From a virus, in IMG/VR virus record IMGVR_UViG_3300009149_006183, positions 28,304-92,303 of that record: DNA of 64,000 bases. One strand, written 5' to 3'. A program made the position numbers and the translations under genes. This document shows positions 37,223 to 47,516 of this stretch, piece by piece (the first letter of the stretch is position 1; every line of letters begins with the position of its first letter). The notes under the pieces are model-generated. The model was not told the DNA's origin. It ran no database searches and was given only the letters and a program-made list of their open reading frames with translations.

Positions 37223-40200
37223 TATTTCTCTCCCTGGGTAAACGGTCTATAGTAGGCAGGATGCAAAGTTACATATAATAATTCTTCTTCCCACGTCCAA
37301 TAGAATATTTTTAAAAATCCTCGTTTCGTCGCATATCCATCTGGCTGAGCTTGGTCCATTACCGGTCGTTCGTCTTTGCCATTAAAATTAATATAAGAGA
37401 ATCCATCTGGTGACTCTCCTGCGATAGACACAGGCGGGTTTACTAACGCCTCAAGCGGACTAGGAGCAAATGCTTTAGTTATTAATTGTCGTTGAAATTC
37501 TGAATCCAACTGGTTATCTGCATCTCTACCATTATACCCTTCTATAGCCTTAAGCCAATTTCCTTCAATACATCGTATAAATAATGCACCATCTCTACAA
37601 TAAATAATACTAATACAGTCTACTAGTTCGTCATATATTCCCTGAATTCTAATATCTTTTTCCTCAATAACGCCCGCCGATGACATGTTAAAAAAGTTTA
37701 CATATTTTATAGTGTCTACCCAGCTATACCCTCCGTCATAAGAACTTTTTACTCCTAAGAACTTATCATATATTTCTGATCCGGGTTCTACATCGTCTGT
37801 TAAATGTAAGTAAAAAAGCCTTAAAACTCCGTGAGAGTCTAATATCCCAGAAATGGAGCTTTTATTATTAAACCAATTATTTATTATAGTATTTGGATCG
37901 TGTCCAAATCTAATTCTTACCCGGTTGCCCTCGCTTGTCGGACTATATGCCCAAGTTGGAAGAAAAAGTAGCGTATCGAACTTTCCATCAAGAAGAGTTA
38001 TCGGGGTCGATAGCATAGCTCTTCCTTTTGGTGTATAGTGCTCTATTCCCTCGTTTTTGGGGACTTCGGCGTAGGGAGAAACCCCTGTTGGTATTTTGTA
38101 AGCATCATTTTTGTCGAATAGTGACGGGTCTATATCCTTAACGCATAAAAATCCTTCTTGAAGAGATGTCCATCCAATGCTTAAAGTAAAGAATAATTTT
38201 AATAATCCAGTATTTTTATTATCATAAACAACCTGTGGATTTCTAGCTATTTCTCCAGGAGATAAAGCAAGAACATCTTTGAATTCATACCAAGTGACTC
38301 CGTCATCATAAGATACCGTGCATCCTATAGTTCCTGTTCCAACTTCCTCATTGATAGTCTCATAAAAGCAAAATAATCTACTTGTAGAGTCGTAGGCGAT
38401 AGAATGTATATAGTTATAAGACATAGGCTGGTATTCAACGAATTTGGAGCACGGTATTACATTCGCGGTCATTTCAAAAGATAATCCAGATAAAAGAATA
38501 TTTGGATCGTCATTTAATATAAAAACTCTTCCAATTTCACAATATCTAGAGTCAACAAAAGTATTTTTATTTGTAGGGTCACTACGATGAATTGTAGGTA
38601 TTTTATTTATGCTGTTAACTCTGCAACAGCTTCCCATAGCAAATAGGGCTACAGTATCTGTTGACCCAGAAATAGCCCACAAAAAGTTAGCATCTCTCAT
38701 AAAATCGAATGGAGGATCATAAATAGGAGTTATCCATACATTGTTCATCGCGTCATAATTAAAATTAAGAACTTTCTTTTCAAATAAACTGTCCTCTGTT
38801 TCGGCTCCGACATCCAACGCCCCTATTTCTGTTGTTATATGCCTACCAATGCTCCAGGCTAAATGTTCGTCATAAACTTGATCGCTTCTTAATTTAGGAT
38901 CACAATCAACACACCCATCAGTAAAACCCTCTTCTACACAAGGATCAAACGCTTTTCGTTGCCATTCTTCATCTTCAACGTAAATATCATATAATTCTTG
39001 TTGCCTTTCTGTAGATAGGGCATATCCGTCTGCCCAAGATGGATAAACTTGGTCTAATAATCTATGGAAGGAAACGGCAAAATACTGGTTCTCTGATGCA
39101 GCAACAGCAGCATAATGCCTATATGGGTTTTCTGCAACAGAAACATGTAGAAAAATAGTTATCCCTGATGACCCAGACGATGACTCAGAAGAGGATGAAC
39201 TGGAAAGGCCAAGCGAGCTAGACGAACTCTCGCTAGAGTCAAATATGCTAGAGCTAGAGCTAGAAATGCCGAAAGACGAACTAGAACTAGAAATTCCTAT
39301 AGAGCTAGAACTGGATACTCCTACTGACGAACTAGAACTAGAAATTCCTACAGAGCTAGAACTTGATACTCCTACTGACGAACTAGAACTAGAAATTTCA
39401 GACCCACTAGAAGAACTAGATACTCCTACAGAACTAGAACTAGATACTCCTACAGAACTAGATGAGGACTCTCCCAAAGACGAGCTAGAAGACGATAGGC
39501 CCACAGAACTAGAACTGGAAGAGCTTTCTAGACATTCTGTGCAGTTTATATACGAATCTCCAATCGTATATGTATCTTCATCTCCATTTTTATGAACCTT
39601 ATGGATAAAAGCACAGCAAATAGTATTAATCTTATATACTGCTCCCGGCCCCATACCTGGGGGGAACGGTGGGGAAGGTTCTATTACTAAAGCCCCAGCT
39701 CGCGGTTCGGCAGCTAACCAGGCATCCCATGTCTCAGTATCCCAAGACTCCCAACCGACAGGTAAGTATCCCCCCTCATAAAACTCGCATTGCAGGAAAT
39801 AATAAACTAATTCGTCACCGCTTGAGGAACTAGAAACTACTAGTGAGCTAGAAGAACTAGAAACTCCTCTAGAACTAGAGCTAGATACTCCTACAGATGA
39901 GCTAGAGCTTTCTAGCCCTAACGAACTTGAACTTGAGACTTCTAGAGAACTTGAAGAAGAAGAGTGAATGCTCTCAAAACAATCGTCGCAAGACTCTTCC
40001 CAGCCAAGTGCGGTATACTCATCTACATCTTTTACTCTGTTAACGTAAGCAACAAATTGATAGCAATACTGGTATCCACCAGGAAACGTAACTCTTGCAA
40101 CATCTAGAACGCCAGGGACAAAAGTTGAATCAAGTAATACGGCATGGTCTGCCGGTACGGACCCGCCAGTGAGCCATGTTTCCCATTCACTCGTTGTCCA

Positions 40201-41514
40201 AGTGAGATATCCAGCAGGCATATAGTCTGGAAAAGCTTGGCCTAGAGCAGATATATAACAAGAGCAACAAAGTGGAAGTAGCCTATCCCCACTAGAACTA
40301 GAACTGGAAGAACTTTCTAGACATCCTGTACAATTTATATACGAATCTCCAATTGTATATGTATCTTCATCACCATTTTTATGAACCTTATGGATAAAAG
40401 CACAACAAACGGTATCTATTTTGTATACGGCCCCTGGACCCATACCTGGAGGGAATGGGGGGTCTGGAGATATAACTAAGACTCCAGCTCGTGGTTCGGC
40501 AGCTAACCAAGCATCCCAGGTCGCAGTATCCCAGGACTCCCAACCGACAGGCAGATATCCATCCTCATAAAACTCGCATTGTAGGAAATAATAAACTAAT
40601 TCATCCCCGCTAGACGAGCTAGAGACTTCTAATGAACTTGAACTGGAATTTCCTAATGACGAACTAGAGCTTTCTTGCCATAACGAACTTGAACTTGAGA
40701 CTTCTAGCGAACTTGAACTTGATATCTCTAACGAGCTTGAAGAGCTTGAGACTATACTATCGAAACAATCGTCGCAAGTTTCTTCCCAACCAAGTGCCGT
40801 ATACTCGTCTACAGGTTTTACTCGATGGACATGTTGAGTATACTCATAACAATACTGATATCCGCCAGGGAATGTCACTCTTGCAACATCTAAAACGCCA
40901 GGGATAAAAGCCGAATCAAGCAGTACGGCTTCGTCGGCTGGAACAGACCCACCCGTGAGCCACGTTTCCCATTCACTCGTTGTCCAAGTAAGATACCCAG
41001 CAGGCATATAGTCTGGAAAAGCCTGGCCAAGGGCTTGTATATAACAAGAACAACATAATAGAAATAGTCTATCTCCACTCGAACTAGAATTACCTAACGA
41101 ACTAGATGAACTGGAATTGCCTAAAGAGCTAGAACTAGAAACTCCTAAAGAGCTAGAACTAGAAACTCCTAAAGAGCTAGAACAACTTGAGAAGCTATCA
41201 AAAAAAACACTAACAGATACAGTCCCAACCGCAGCATCTCTCGGAATCCCCCCGTCGCCTGGGTCCGGATCATAAGCCCCAGATGCTGTAGTATAGCTAG
41301 ATGCTTTTATCCAAAAAGGGTCGGTTCCGGACCAAGGATCAGAAGAAGTACCAACGGTTATTGCGTATGCCCCAGCCCAAGTAGAATCATACCAAATGGT
41401 GTATCCGGTGGCAGAGCTATAAAAAGCCCAATACCCATTGATATCAGCAATTTGCGCATAATCTCCGTTAATAGACGGAGAAGTAGCACCTGTAATTGTC
41501 GCAATTAAAGCCAT
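37222..41514 (-). CDS. Tail-associated protein with poly-Ser tracts, duplicated Cys-rich modules and C-terminal Asp-box propeller
   Basis: Several (Ser)n tracts; modules arranged A-B-A-B; SYDDGVTW and SYDGGYSW Asp-boxes. Confidence 0.7.
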   Translation of the reverse strand: MALIATITGATSPSINGDYAQIADINGYWAFYSSATGYTIWYDSTWAGAYAITVGTSSDPWSGTDPFWIKASSYTTASGAYDPDPGDGGIPRDAAVGTVSVSVFFDSFSSCSSSLGVSSSSSLGVSSSSSLGNSSSSSSLGNSSSSGDRLFLLCCSCYIQALGQAFPDYMPAGYLTWTTSEWETWLTGGSVPADEAVLLDSAFIPGVLDVARVTFPGGYQYCYEYTQHVHRVKPVDEYTALGWEETCDDCFDSIVSSSSSSLEISSSSSLEVSSSSSLWQESSSSSLGNSSSSSLEVSSSSSGDELVYYFLQCEFYEDGYLPVGWESWDTATWDAWLAAEPRAGVLVISPDPPFPPGMGPGAVYKIDTVCCAFIHKVHKNGDEDTYTIGDSYINCTGCLESSSSSSSSGDRLLPLCCSCYISALGQAFPDYMPAGYLTWTTSEWETWLTGGSVPADHAVLLDSTFVPGVLDVARVTFPGGYQYCYQFVAYVNRVKDVDEYTALGWEESCDDCFESIHSSSSSSLEVSSSSSLGLESSSSSVGVSSSSSRGVSSSSSSLVVSSSSSGDELVYYFLQCEFYEGGYLPVGWESWDTETWDAWLAAEPRAGALVIEPSPPFPPGMGPGAVYKINTICCAFIHKVHKNGDEDTYTIGDSYINCTECLESSSSSSSVGLSSSSSSLGESSSSSVGVSSSSSVGVSSSSSGSEISSSSSSVGVSSSSSVGISSSSSSVGVSSSSSIGISSSSSSFGISSSSSSIFDSSESSSSSLGLSSSSSSESSSGSSGITIFLHVSVAENPYRHYAAVAASENQYFAVSFHRLLDQVYPSWADGYALSTERQQELYDIYVEDEEWQRKAFDPCVEEGFTDGCVDCDPKLRSDQVYDEHLAWSIGRHITTEIGALDVGAETEDSLFEKKVLNFNYDAMNNVWITPIYDPPFDFMRDANFLWAISGSTDTVALFAMGSCCRVNSINKIPTIHRSDPTNKNTFVDSRYCEIGRVFILNDDPNILLSGLSFEMTANVIPCSKFVEYQPMSYNYIHSIAYDSTSRLFCFYETINEEVGTGTIGCTVSYDDGVTWYEFKDVLALSPGEIARNPQVVYDNKNTGLLKLFFTLSIGWTSLQEGFLCVKDIDPSLFDKNDAYKIPTGVSPYAEVPKNEGIEHYTPKGRAMLSTPITLLDGKFDTLLFLPTWAYSPTSEGNRVRIRFGHDPNTIINNWFNNKSSISGILDSHGVLRLFYLHLTDDVEPGSEIYDKFLGVKSSYDGGYSWVDTIKYVNFFNMSSAGVIEEKDIRIQGIYDELVDCISIIYCRDGALFIRCIEGNWLKAIEGYNGRDADNQLDSEFQRQLITKAFAPSPLEALVNPPVSIAGESPDGFSYINFNGKDERPVMDQAQPDGYATKRGFLKIFYWTWEEELLYVTLHPAYYRPFTQGEK
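39505..41076 (-). repeat. ~790-bp tandem duplication within the Ser-rich gene
   Basis: Module A starts at 41076 and 40290, module B at 40608 and 39819; translations are nearly identical. Confidence 0.9.
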
Positions 41515-41575
41515 ACAATATTTTCCAAATATACTAAAGAATCGGCTTTTTCAGCATCGTTCAACTAAGTATTCG

Positions 41576-44500
41576 CTAATCTTTCGCGGATTTAGCGTGC
41601 TGATTAAAAGCGTCACTTAATCTTTTGCCAATTGTATCGACAGCATCTTTGATATTTGTAAAAGAGAATGACCAGTTGAGATTCATTATATTAGCCTTAT
41701 TCGCGGTAGGTGCAGATCTTCCAGTCGAAAAAGATCCAGAACCGGAAGCTCTAGCTCTCGCCTGAACATCGGCGGGCAAGATTTGACTACCTCCTGTCCC
41801 AGTTCCCATCGTTGGGCTTATCACTGCCGATCCTGTGGGGCCAGAGCCTGTAAAGCCCAAAGCTGCCCCTCCTTTAGATCTTGCAGCCGCATTTCTTTTT
41901 CTTATATTAGCAAGAGCCTCTTCTGGTGTAGACCCAAGGTCTCCGGTGTCCAGCCCGTAAGCGACTTCTGAAGTTCTTTTATTATCTATAGACACCGTTC
42001 CTCCAGCTTCAGCCCTAAGTCGTTCTGGAGTCATAAATCCTATATTCTTCTCGCCAGCGCGTTGTACAGCACCAGAAGAAGCTGAACGTAGCATATCCAT
42101 TGCCGAAAGACCTTGTCTAAGATTTTCGTTGGAAGATATTGTCAGTTTAGTTATACGGCCTGAGCCAATTGTCATAGCTTGGATTGAGGAAACCCAACCG
42201 TCTCTTATGCTCTTTAGAGTATTGGCCTGCCCAAGCATTAAATTTTGGATATCCTTTTCAGCCTGTTTTCTTTTAAGTACATTTTGATCCTGCTCTCTTT
42301 GTTCCTTGTTCATCGAGTCTATTTGTTTGATTTCCTCTCTCTTCAATGCTATTTGTTCCTCTTGAGCAGCAGCAACGGCATATCTAGCGTCAACAGAAGC
42401 TCCTAGCCCGTTTACAAGGCTGTCCATCAGGGTAACTTCTATACTCGCCATCTCAGTCGAAACTTGAGCTAATTGTTGTTTAGTAGCATATTGGCTGATA
42501 TGTGCTTCATTAGCTGCTTGAATTTTTTGCGTAACTGATAATTCTTTTGCTAATGCTTGATTAACGAGATCTTCCTTTTGAGCGATTTTGTTTTTATTCT
42601 TAGGCTCTTTTTCTATGATGTCCGCTAAATCTGTTTCCGCCTGGACTCGCTCGTTTGTCGCATCTAATTGAGATCGTTTAAATCTGTTAATTGTTTCTTC
42701 GTATGCAGCTTGCTCTTTTCCACTATCGATATCACCAGTTATTTGTTGTTGCGTAATTAATGCAGAGAGAGCCGAGCTTCTACTTCCGGCTTCTGCTGCC
42801 GTGTACTCCGCGATGCCCTTCATTGTATTTAATTGCTTTAATTGGGTATCTGCTTTTTTAACATCAAGTTGCATCATCTGTCCCCTAAGTTCCGCGATCT
42901 GAGTCTCTGCCGCAAGAGCTTCAGGAGAATTTTTTCTTTCTTCATCTGTCATCTTGTTTAGAAATGCCTGTTTTTTTGTTATCAATGTCGCTAGACTCGA
43001 TCTTTCCTGATCGATCCCCAGTAGTTCTTTTTTAACATTCTCAGTAAACAGGGCTTGTTTTCCTTCAGAGAGTCCTGTCCTTAGAATACTTTGAGAGGTA
43101 CTATCTACTAACCCTCCTAATGCTGTTCTTTTTGCGACCATAGACGAGGTAAGAACTTCTTGCTCTTTAATTATTGCTAAAGCGTTAGCCTCTTTTGTAT
43201 CATCGCTAACTTTCTTGCGTCCTTCCGCTAGAGCTTTTTCCCTCGGAGTCGCGTCATTTGGATCTCTAATACCTTTTAATTTGGCCAGGTATTTATCTCT
43301 TCTGTCAAAAGCTGCGAAAGTAGCCGCACCAATCTTCCCAGCCTTTTCAAATTTCTTTCTATATTCTTCTTGTTGAGCTATTAATTTATCTAAGTTTGCG
43401 ATATCCTTAGCTTGCCCACCGGCCCCTTGTGCCGGACCATACATCTTTTTACTTTCTGATATTTGTGCGTCTTGGAAACCTTCTCTATTTCGAGCCTTGG
43501 CAAGTTCTTCTCTAGCTTTATAGAGTCCATAGCCTGCGGTCCCTACAGATTTGACAGCTCCAACCGCAGCCCCGCCTACGGTCCCCGCAGGCCCAATTAC
43601 TGAGCCCATAGCCGCATATTTCGCAACGTCGCCAGCCGCTCCTAGAGATCCAGATACTCCTTCGTTCCGTTTAGCCCATTTTGACTCAGAGGCAGCTCCG
43701 AGTCCAAAACCAGCAGCACCAAGTCCTAGACCTACGCCGAGCCCACGAGCCGCACCGGCCTTACCGCCACCCCAACTAAAAGGACTCATTCCACCGGCAG
43801 CTCCAGCGGCTCCGGCTGCTTGTCCGGCGGGAGTTTTATTAGTAACATATACATACATCGGGGTCCCGATATCCGAGCCCCTCTTCCCACCCATAATCCC
43901 AGAGAAAATACTCGATAGGCCACCTTTAAGGGAGGATATAGCTTTCGCGGCAGTAGTTACCCCAGCGAATAACGCCAATACTGGTGCTATTTTGCCTAAA
44001 AAGCTCGCGATACTTTTAATGCTCTTCTCATTCTCTTTGAGATATCCAGATAGATCTTTAACCCACGGTATAATCTGTTGCCCTATAACTATAGCGACAT
44101 CTTGCCATAGTCTTTCCATATCTGCTAGAGCTTCTTGGTATTCCTTCGCCTGTTTATTATTCTGTCCATTGAGAGCTAGATAATCGGCAGCTCCCTTATA
44201 CTGCGCCAATGATATTTTATTGGTTACAACAAGGAGTTGTAATTTGGTTTTAAGAAGCTCTTTGTCAGCCTCATCTACGTTTTCGATAGACTCTTGTAAT
44301 CCAGGATAAGCATTAGCTATACTTGATAAATTTTGGGCCATTTCTTGCATAGCCGCAGAGTTCGCTCCAACAGCCTTGCGTATATTCTTAAATAATTTTT
44401 CCGCGCCAACCAACGTGACATAAGGGAAACCTTTCTCGTATAGAGAGAAAAGTTTAATAGTGTCCATTCGTGTAATATTTAGTTCTTTTGACAGGCTAGA

Positions 44501-44833
44501 TAATGATTTTTCAACCTGTCCTATTTGATTTCCATACTTCGCAAATTGAACAGACAACTTTATTAGTTCTTTATTATAGCCAGCAAAAACATCTAAAGAT
44601 TTTTGCATGCCAATCGATGCACCAGCAACCGCCGCTATTGATTTAGCTATACTTGTAAAATTGCCAGCAGCGCTTTTAAGATTTTTCCAACCAGCACTTA
44701 CCTTGGCAGAAGCTTTCACAACCGAATCCAGGTCTTTGATCATGTTCTGGAATTGTTTATCAACTCCAGAAAAATCAGCTTCGCCTACGATACGAAGAGT
44801 GTGCTCATGAGTAATGGTTGTATTTTCTGCCAT
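41576..44833 (-). CDS. Tail tape measure protein
   Basis: 1085 aa, helical/coiled-coil with a Gly/Ala-rich hydrophobic middle; directly downstream of tail chaperones and tail tube. Confidence 0.8.
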   Translation of the reverse strand: MAENTTITHEHTLRIVGEADFSGVDKQFQNMIKDLDSVVKASAKVSAGWKNLKSAAGNFTSIAKSIAAVAGASIGMQKSLDVFAGYNKELIKLSVQFAKYGNQIGQVEKSLSSLSKELNITRMDTIKLFSLYEKGFPYVTLVGAEKLFKNIRKAVGANSAAMQEMAQNLSSIANAYPGLQESIENVDEADKELLKTKLQLLVVTNKISLAQYKGAADYLALNGQNNKQAKEYQEALADMERLWQDVAIVIGQQIIPWVKDLSGYLKENEKSIKSIASFLGKIAPVLALFAGVTTAAKAISSLKGGLSSIFSGIMGGKRGSDIGTPMYVYVTNKTPAGQAAGAAGAAGGMSPFSWGGGKAGAARGLGVGLGLGAAGFGLGAASESKWAKRNEGVSGSLGAAGDVAKYAAMGSVIGPAGTVGGAAVGAVKSVGTAGYGLYKAREELAKARNREGFQDAQISESKKMYGPAQGAGGQAKDIANLDKLIAQQEEYRKKFEKAGKIGAATFAAFDRRDKYLAKLKGIRDPNDATPREKALAEGRKKVSDDTKEANALAIIKEQEVLTSSMVAKRTALGGLVDSTSQSILRTGLSEGKQALFTENVKKELLGIDQERSSLATLITKKQAFLNKMTDEERKNSPEALAAETQIAELRGQMMQLDVKKADTQLKQLNTMKGIAEYTAAEAGSRSSALSALITQQQITGDIDSGKEQAAYEETINRFKRSQLDATNERVQAETDLADIIEKEPKNKNKIAQKEDLVNQALAKELSVTQKIQAANEAHISQYATKQQLAQVSTEMASIEVTLMDSLVNGLGASVDARYAVAAAQEEQIALKREEIKQIDSMNKEQREQDQNVLKRKQAEKDIQNLMLGQANTLKSIRDGWVSSIQAMTIGSGRITKLTISSNENLRQGLSAMDMLRSASSGAVQRAGEKNIGFMTPERLRAEAGGTVSIDNKRTSEVAYGLDTGDLGSTPEEALANIRKRNAAARSKGGAALGFTGSGPTGSAVISPTMGTGTGGSQILPADVQARARASGSGSFSTGRSAPTANKANIMNLNWSFSFTNIKDAVDTIGKRLSDAFNQHAKSAKD

Positions 44834-44911
44834 TTTGGGATTGACTCTTAAACTAAAAGGTTTATTCTATACATAAGAATTTATATAGCAAAATCCTTTA
44901 AATTAAAATCG

Positions 44912-45277
44912 TTACGATAAAACTTTTTCCAATTCTGCCACAACAAAATTAGCGACATCTGGATCTAATTTGTCGATGTTCTCTTTATTAACTTCATCAG
45001 GTAACGACCACTCCACTAATAATGTACAAAATCTTTCATATCTCATAAGCACGGGATTTACCTGAATTTCACCCTCATTGATAATTTTTAACGCAGCATC
45101 TAAGATTTTAACATTATCCGCATAAGATGCCCTTTTAAAAGACATTGTGTACTCTGTATCTGTCAAGGCGTCATCTGTTTTTGTTTTTTCCGATGAAATT
45201 ATTTGTTTTCCCTCACTGTCAAAACTAACATAAAATTTAATTTCTAATAACTTTGTTTGATCTACGAATAAGCTCAT
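44912..45277 (-). CDS. Second tail assembly chaperone-like protein
   Basis: RYERFCTLLVEWSL...VNKENIDKLDPDVA resembles YRDLRIRQCLIRWDL...VNDGAISMLPGDVV of 45484-45933. Confidence 0.6.
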   Translation of the reverse strand: MSLFVDQTKLLEIKFYVSFDSEGKQIISSEKTKTDDALTDTEYTMSFKRASYADNVKILDAALKIINEGEIQVNPVLMRYERFCTLLVEWSLPDEVNKENIDKLDPDVANFVVAELEKVLS

Positions 45278-45286
45278 ATTTTCTCC

Positions 45287-45475
45287 TTATATTTTTACTT
45301 GTGATTGCTCCATGCTTCTACTTATGTTCGCAAACATAGAAAAAGCATCGAAATCTTTCATATTTAATGAACGGATATATTCTAATGTCCAACCCGTTTT
45401 TTCAACTAAAATGTATTCTTGTATTTCTTTTGGCAATGGTAAGAGTCCTTGACCTCTGCGAAGGTAAGATACCAT
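45287..45475 (-). CDS. Tail assembly chaperone C-terminal (GT-like) segment, reached by -1 frameshift
   Basis: EYILVEKTGWTLEYIRSL motif; lies in the -1 frame relative to the upstream chaperone, and that frame is open through the slippery site. Confidence 0.7.
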   Translation of the reverse strand: MVSYLRRGQGLLPLPKEIQEYILVEKTGWTLEYIRSLNMKDFDAFSMFANISRSMEQSQVKI

Positions 45476-45483
45476 TGCCTCTC

Positions 45484-45933
45484 CTAGTTTTTTCGGGCTT
45501 CAGGTCGTAAAGTGACCGCCTCATCATATTTTGATAATAGAGATAAAACAACATCACCAGGTAACATACTAATTGCCCCATCATTTACTGGAATAGCTAC
45601 GTTCTGATCATCTATCAAATCCCATCTAATTAAACATTGCCGAATTCTTAAGTCTCTATATCTCCAAACGTTAATGTCTGGCATTTGTGTGGCTTCGTTG
45701 AAAAAGGCAGATTGCTCAGTGATTTTATTCTGCATTTCCCAATTTAAAACCTTCCAATACGTATTCAAACATTGTACATCTGTTTTCTTCTCCTTATCTT
45801 CTTTCGCTTCTTTTAGCTCTTTTTCTGCCTCTTCGTCTGGAATTACAATTATTTTAGTAAAACCGGCAGGCATTTTCTCTTCTTTATAATACAACTTCAC
45901 ATTGATTTCCTGAGGTGCTCCAAGTAGTGCCAT
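45484..45933 (-). CDS. Tail assembly chaperone (G-like)
   Basis: Between tail tube and tape measure; ends ...RKN* on a slippery heptamer. SD AAGGAG before the ATG at 45933. Confidence 0.75.
   Translation of the reverse strand: MALLGAPQEINVKLYYKEEKMPAGFTKIIVIPDEEAEKELKEAKEDKEKKTDVQCLNTYWKVLNWEMQNKITEQSAFFNEATQMPDINVWRYRDLRIRQCLIRWDLIDDQNVAIPVNDGAISMLPGDVVLSLLSKYDEAVTLRPEARKN
45487..45493 (-). other. Programmed -1 frameshift site A AAA AAC
   Basis: CGA AAA AAC TAG; the -1 frame continues KLGEAMVSYLRRG into 45287-45475. Confidence 0.75.
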
Positions 45934-46038
45934 GAAAAATCTCCTTATAAAAGATTGAATCCTCAATAGAATATCGAGAATATAGGTACAAAAACTTTAA
46001 ATGATAAAATAATGATAAAATAAGGTGGGAAGCGGCCC

Positions 46039-46067
46039 GGGGAGAAAAGAAGGACTCTTTTCTCCCC
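46039..46067. terminator. Strong hairpin after the tail tube gene
   Basis: 12-bp stem GGGGAGAAAAGA-AGGAC-TCTTTTCTCCCC. The T run lies on the plus side only, so the direction is uncertain. Confidence 0.55.
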
Positions 46068-46093
46068 TTTTAATTTTTTATATGTCTCTCAAC

Positions 46094-47041
46094 CTAACTA
46101 GATATAATGAAATCAGTATTATTGTATTGTGTCCCGTAAGCGATACCAGGAAGGGAACGATATGCTACAGTTGTTTCCAATAATTCATTTGTAATTGCAA
46201 TTTCTTCTATTTGATAAACGATACCAGGCAATTCGACCAAGAAGCTACCATTACAGCCGACACCGGCAGCTTGGGCTCCCTGACCTACAGTATAACCGAA
46301 TTGTAATGTGTTTGGCTCGGTACAGCGAGTTTGATTATCAATTGCATATTGAGCTAACTGGGCATTTCTGCCCATAATCTGCAATGAGCCAGTTATATCT
46401 CTCTTTGTTGGAGCTACATCTTGCGGGAATAACTGTCCATTTAATGTATAGAAACGCTGTGAGTTATTATTAACAGACGCGCTAAATGTTCTAACCTCAT
46501 TTGACTGCAAACCGACACCTGTGAATGAAACAATCGCATCGTTCCATGTAACAACTCTCGTATTTCTAAGAGCATAGAAATTGGCAACTTGCTGCTGTGT
46601 AGCAGTGATAAAACTATTACGAGCTCTACCTATGATACCTATATTGATAGTAACAACATCTGATTGAGCTACAGAGAATTCAAAAGTATCAACAATATTA
46701 TTTGTGTATGAATAAGCTCCGCTATCCGCATATTTGATATTAATAGCCGTAACTGGGTTTAACGAACCATCATTTCCTCGTTGTAGGCAATATCTCCAAA
46801 GAGCTGCGGTAACAGTACTTCCGTCTTCATATACGGCAGGGAAAGATATAGATCCTCCGACCTCGATAGGCCCGAGACGGTATGTAGTTCTATCTATCTT
46901 TCCATCAACAACATTCTCGCTATCGACAGCTTGTGTCGCCTTAATATCGGCAGAAGTCGCGCGTACGCGTTGTGTTCCGCCGGTCATTTCAAACTCGACA
47001 TATCCAATGAATCCTAATGCTTGACTAGCTAAATTTGGCAT
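46094..47041 (-). CDS. Major tail tube protein
   Basis: Beta-rich, with EVGGSISF, IVDTFEFSV, VRTFSASVNN, RDITGSLQI; upstream of chaperones and tape measure. Confidence 0.75.
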   Translation of the reverse strand: MPNLASQALGFIGYVEFEMTGGTQRVRATSADIKATQAVDSENVVDGKIDRTTYRLGPIEVGGSISFPAVYEDGSTVTAALWRYCLQRGNDGSLNPVTAINIKYADSGAYSYTNNIVDTFEFSVAQSDVVTINIGIIGRARNSFITATQQQVANFYALRNTRVVTWNDAIVSFTGVGLQSNEVRTFSASVNNNSQRFYTLNGQLFPQDVAPTKRDITGSLQIMGRNAQLAQYAIDNQTRCTEPNTLQFGYTVGQGAQAAGVGCNGSFLVELPGIVYQIEEIAITNELLETTVAYRSLPGIAYGTQYNNTDFIISS

Positions 47042-47068
47042 TATACTCTGCTCCCATAAATTCTTTTA

Positions 47069-47443
47069 TTAAACAACATAAGTGTCGCTGATCTCATACC
47101 CTGCATCTGAACTCAAAGACTGCCATGTTGCATCTATTTCTAAGCCAGGATTCGCAGCAAAATACTCGTTAATGTCGTCATATGACCCTCTTACGATAAC
47201 GTGAGCATTTAAAGCTCTAACGGCTCCAAGTAAGGAGTTTGGCGTTTCAAAAGCATTAGCTGACAACAAATATGAATCCCAATATGTACTTAGCAAGTCA
47301 ACCTCAGGTTGTAGTTCATTAAGTAGGACAACGTGATAAACAGCATCAAATAGGTCGCCGTTAACCAATAAAACCCTATCTCTTGCAGCAGAATAGTAAT
47401 CCGCTAAGATCTTATAATCAGCCGCTGCTATTAAATTTGCCAT
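47069..47443 (-). CDS. Hypothetical structural-region protein
   Basis: 124 aa with SD GGGAG. Confidence 0.65.
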   Translation of the reverse strand: MANLIAAADYKILADYYSAARDRVLLVNGDLFDAVYHVVLLNELQPEVDLLSTYWDSYLLSANAFETPNSLLGAVRALNAHVIVRGSYDDINEYFAANPGLEIDATWQSLSSDAGYEISDTYVV

Positions 47444-47516
47444 TTAAAATTCTCCCAAATATTTAATTCTAACTATTTAATCTATATAGATTTCTTAAGT
47501 AGTCAGTAAATTCCTT

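Noticed and set aside
39245-39595. Plus-strand ORF with ELELE repeats
   Set aside because: Antisense shadow of the poly-Ser tract.
39505-41076. Duplicated modules as a DGR template/variable repeat pair
   Set aside because: No reverse transcriptase in the window, both copies are in frame within one gene, and the differences I inspected look largely synonymous, not adenine-specific.
39160-41190. GAACTAGAACTAGA-type repeats as a CRISPR array or iterons
   Set aside because: They are Ser codon runs with no constant repeat plus unique spacer structure.
43551-44183. Plus-strand Pro/Ala-rich 210-aa ORF
   Set aside because: Antisense shadow of the Gly/Ala-rich part of the tape measure gene.
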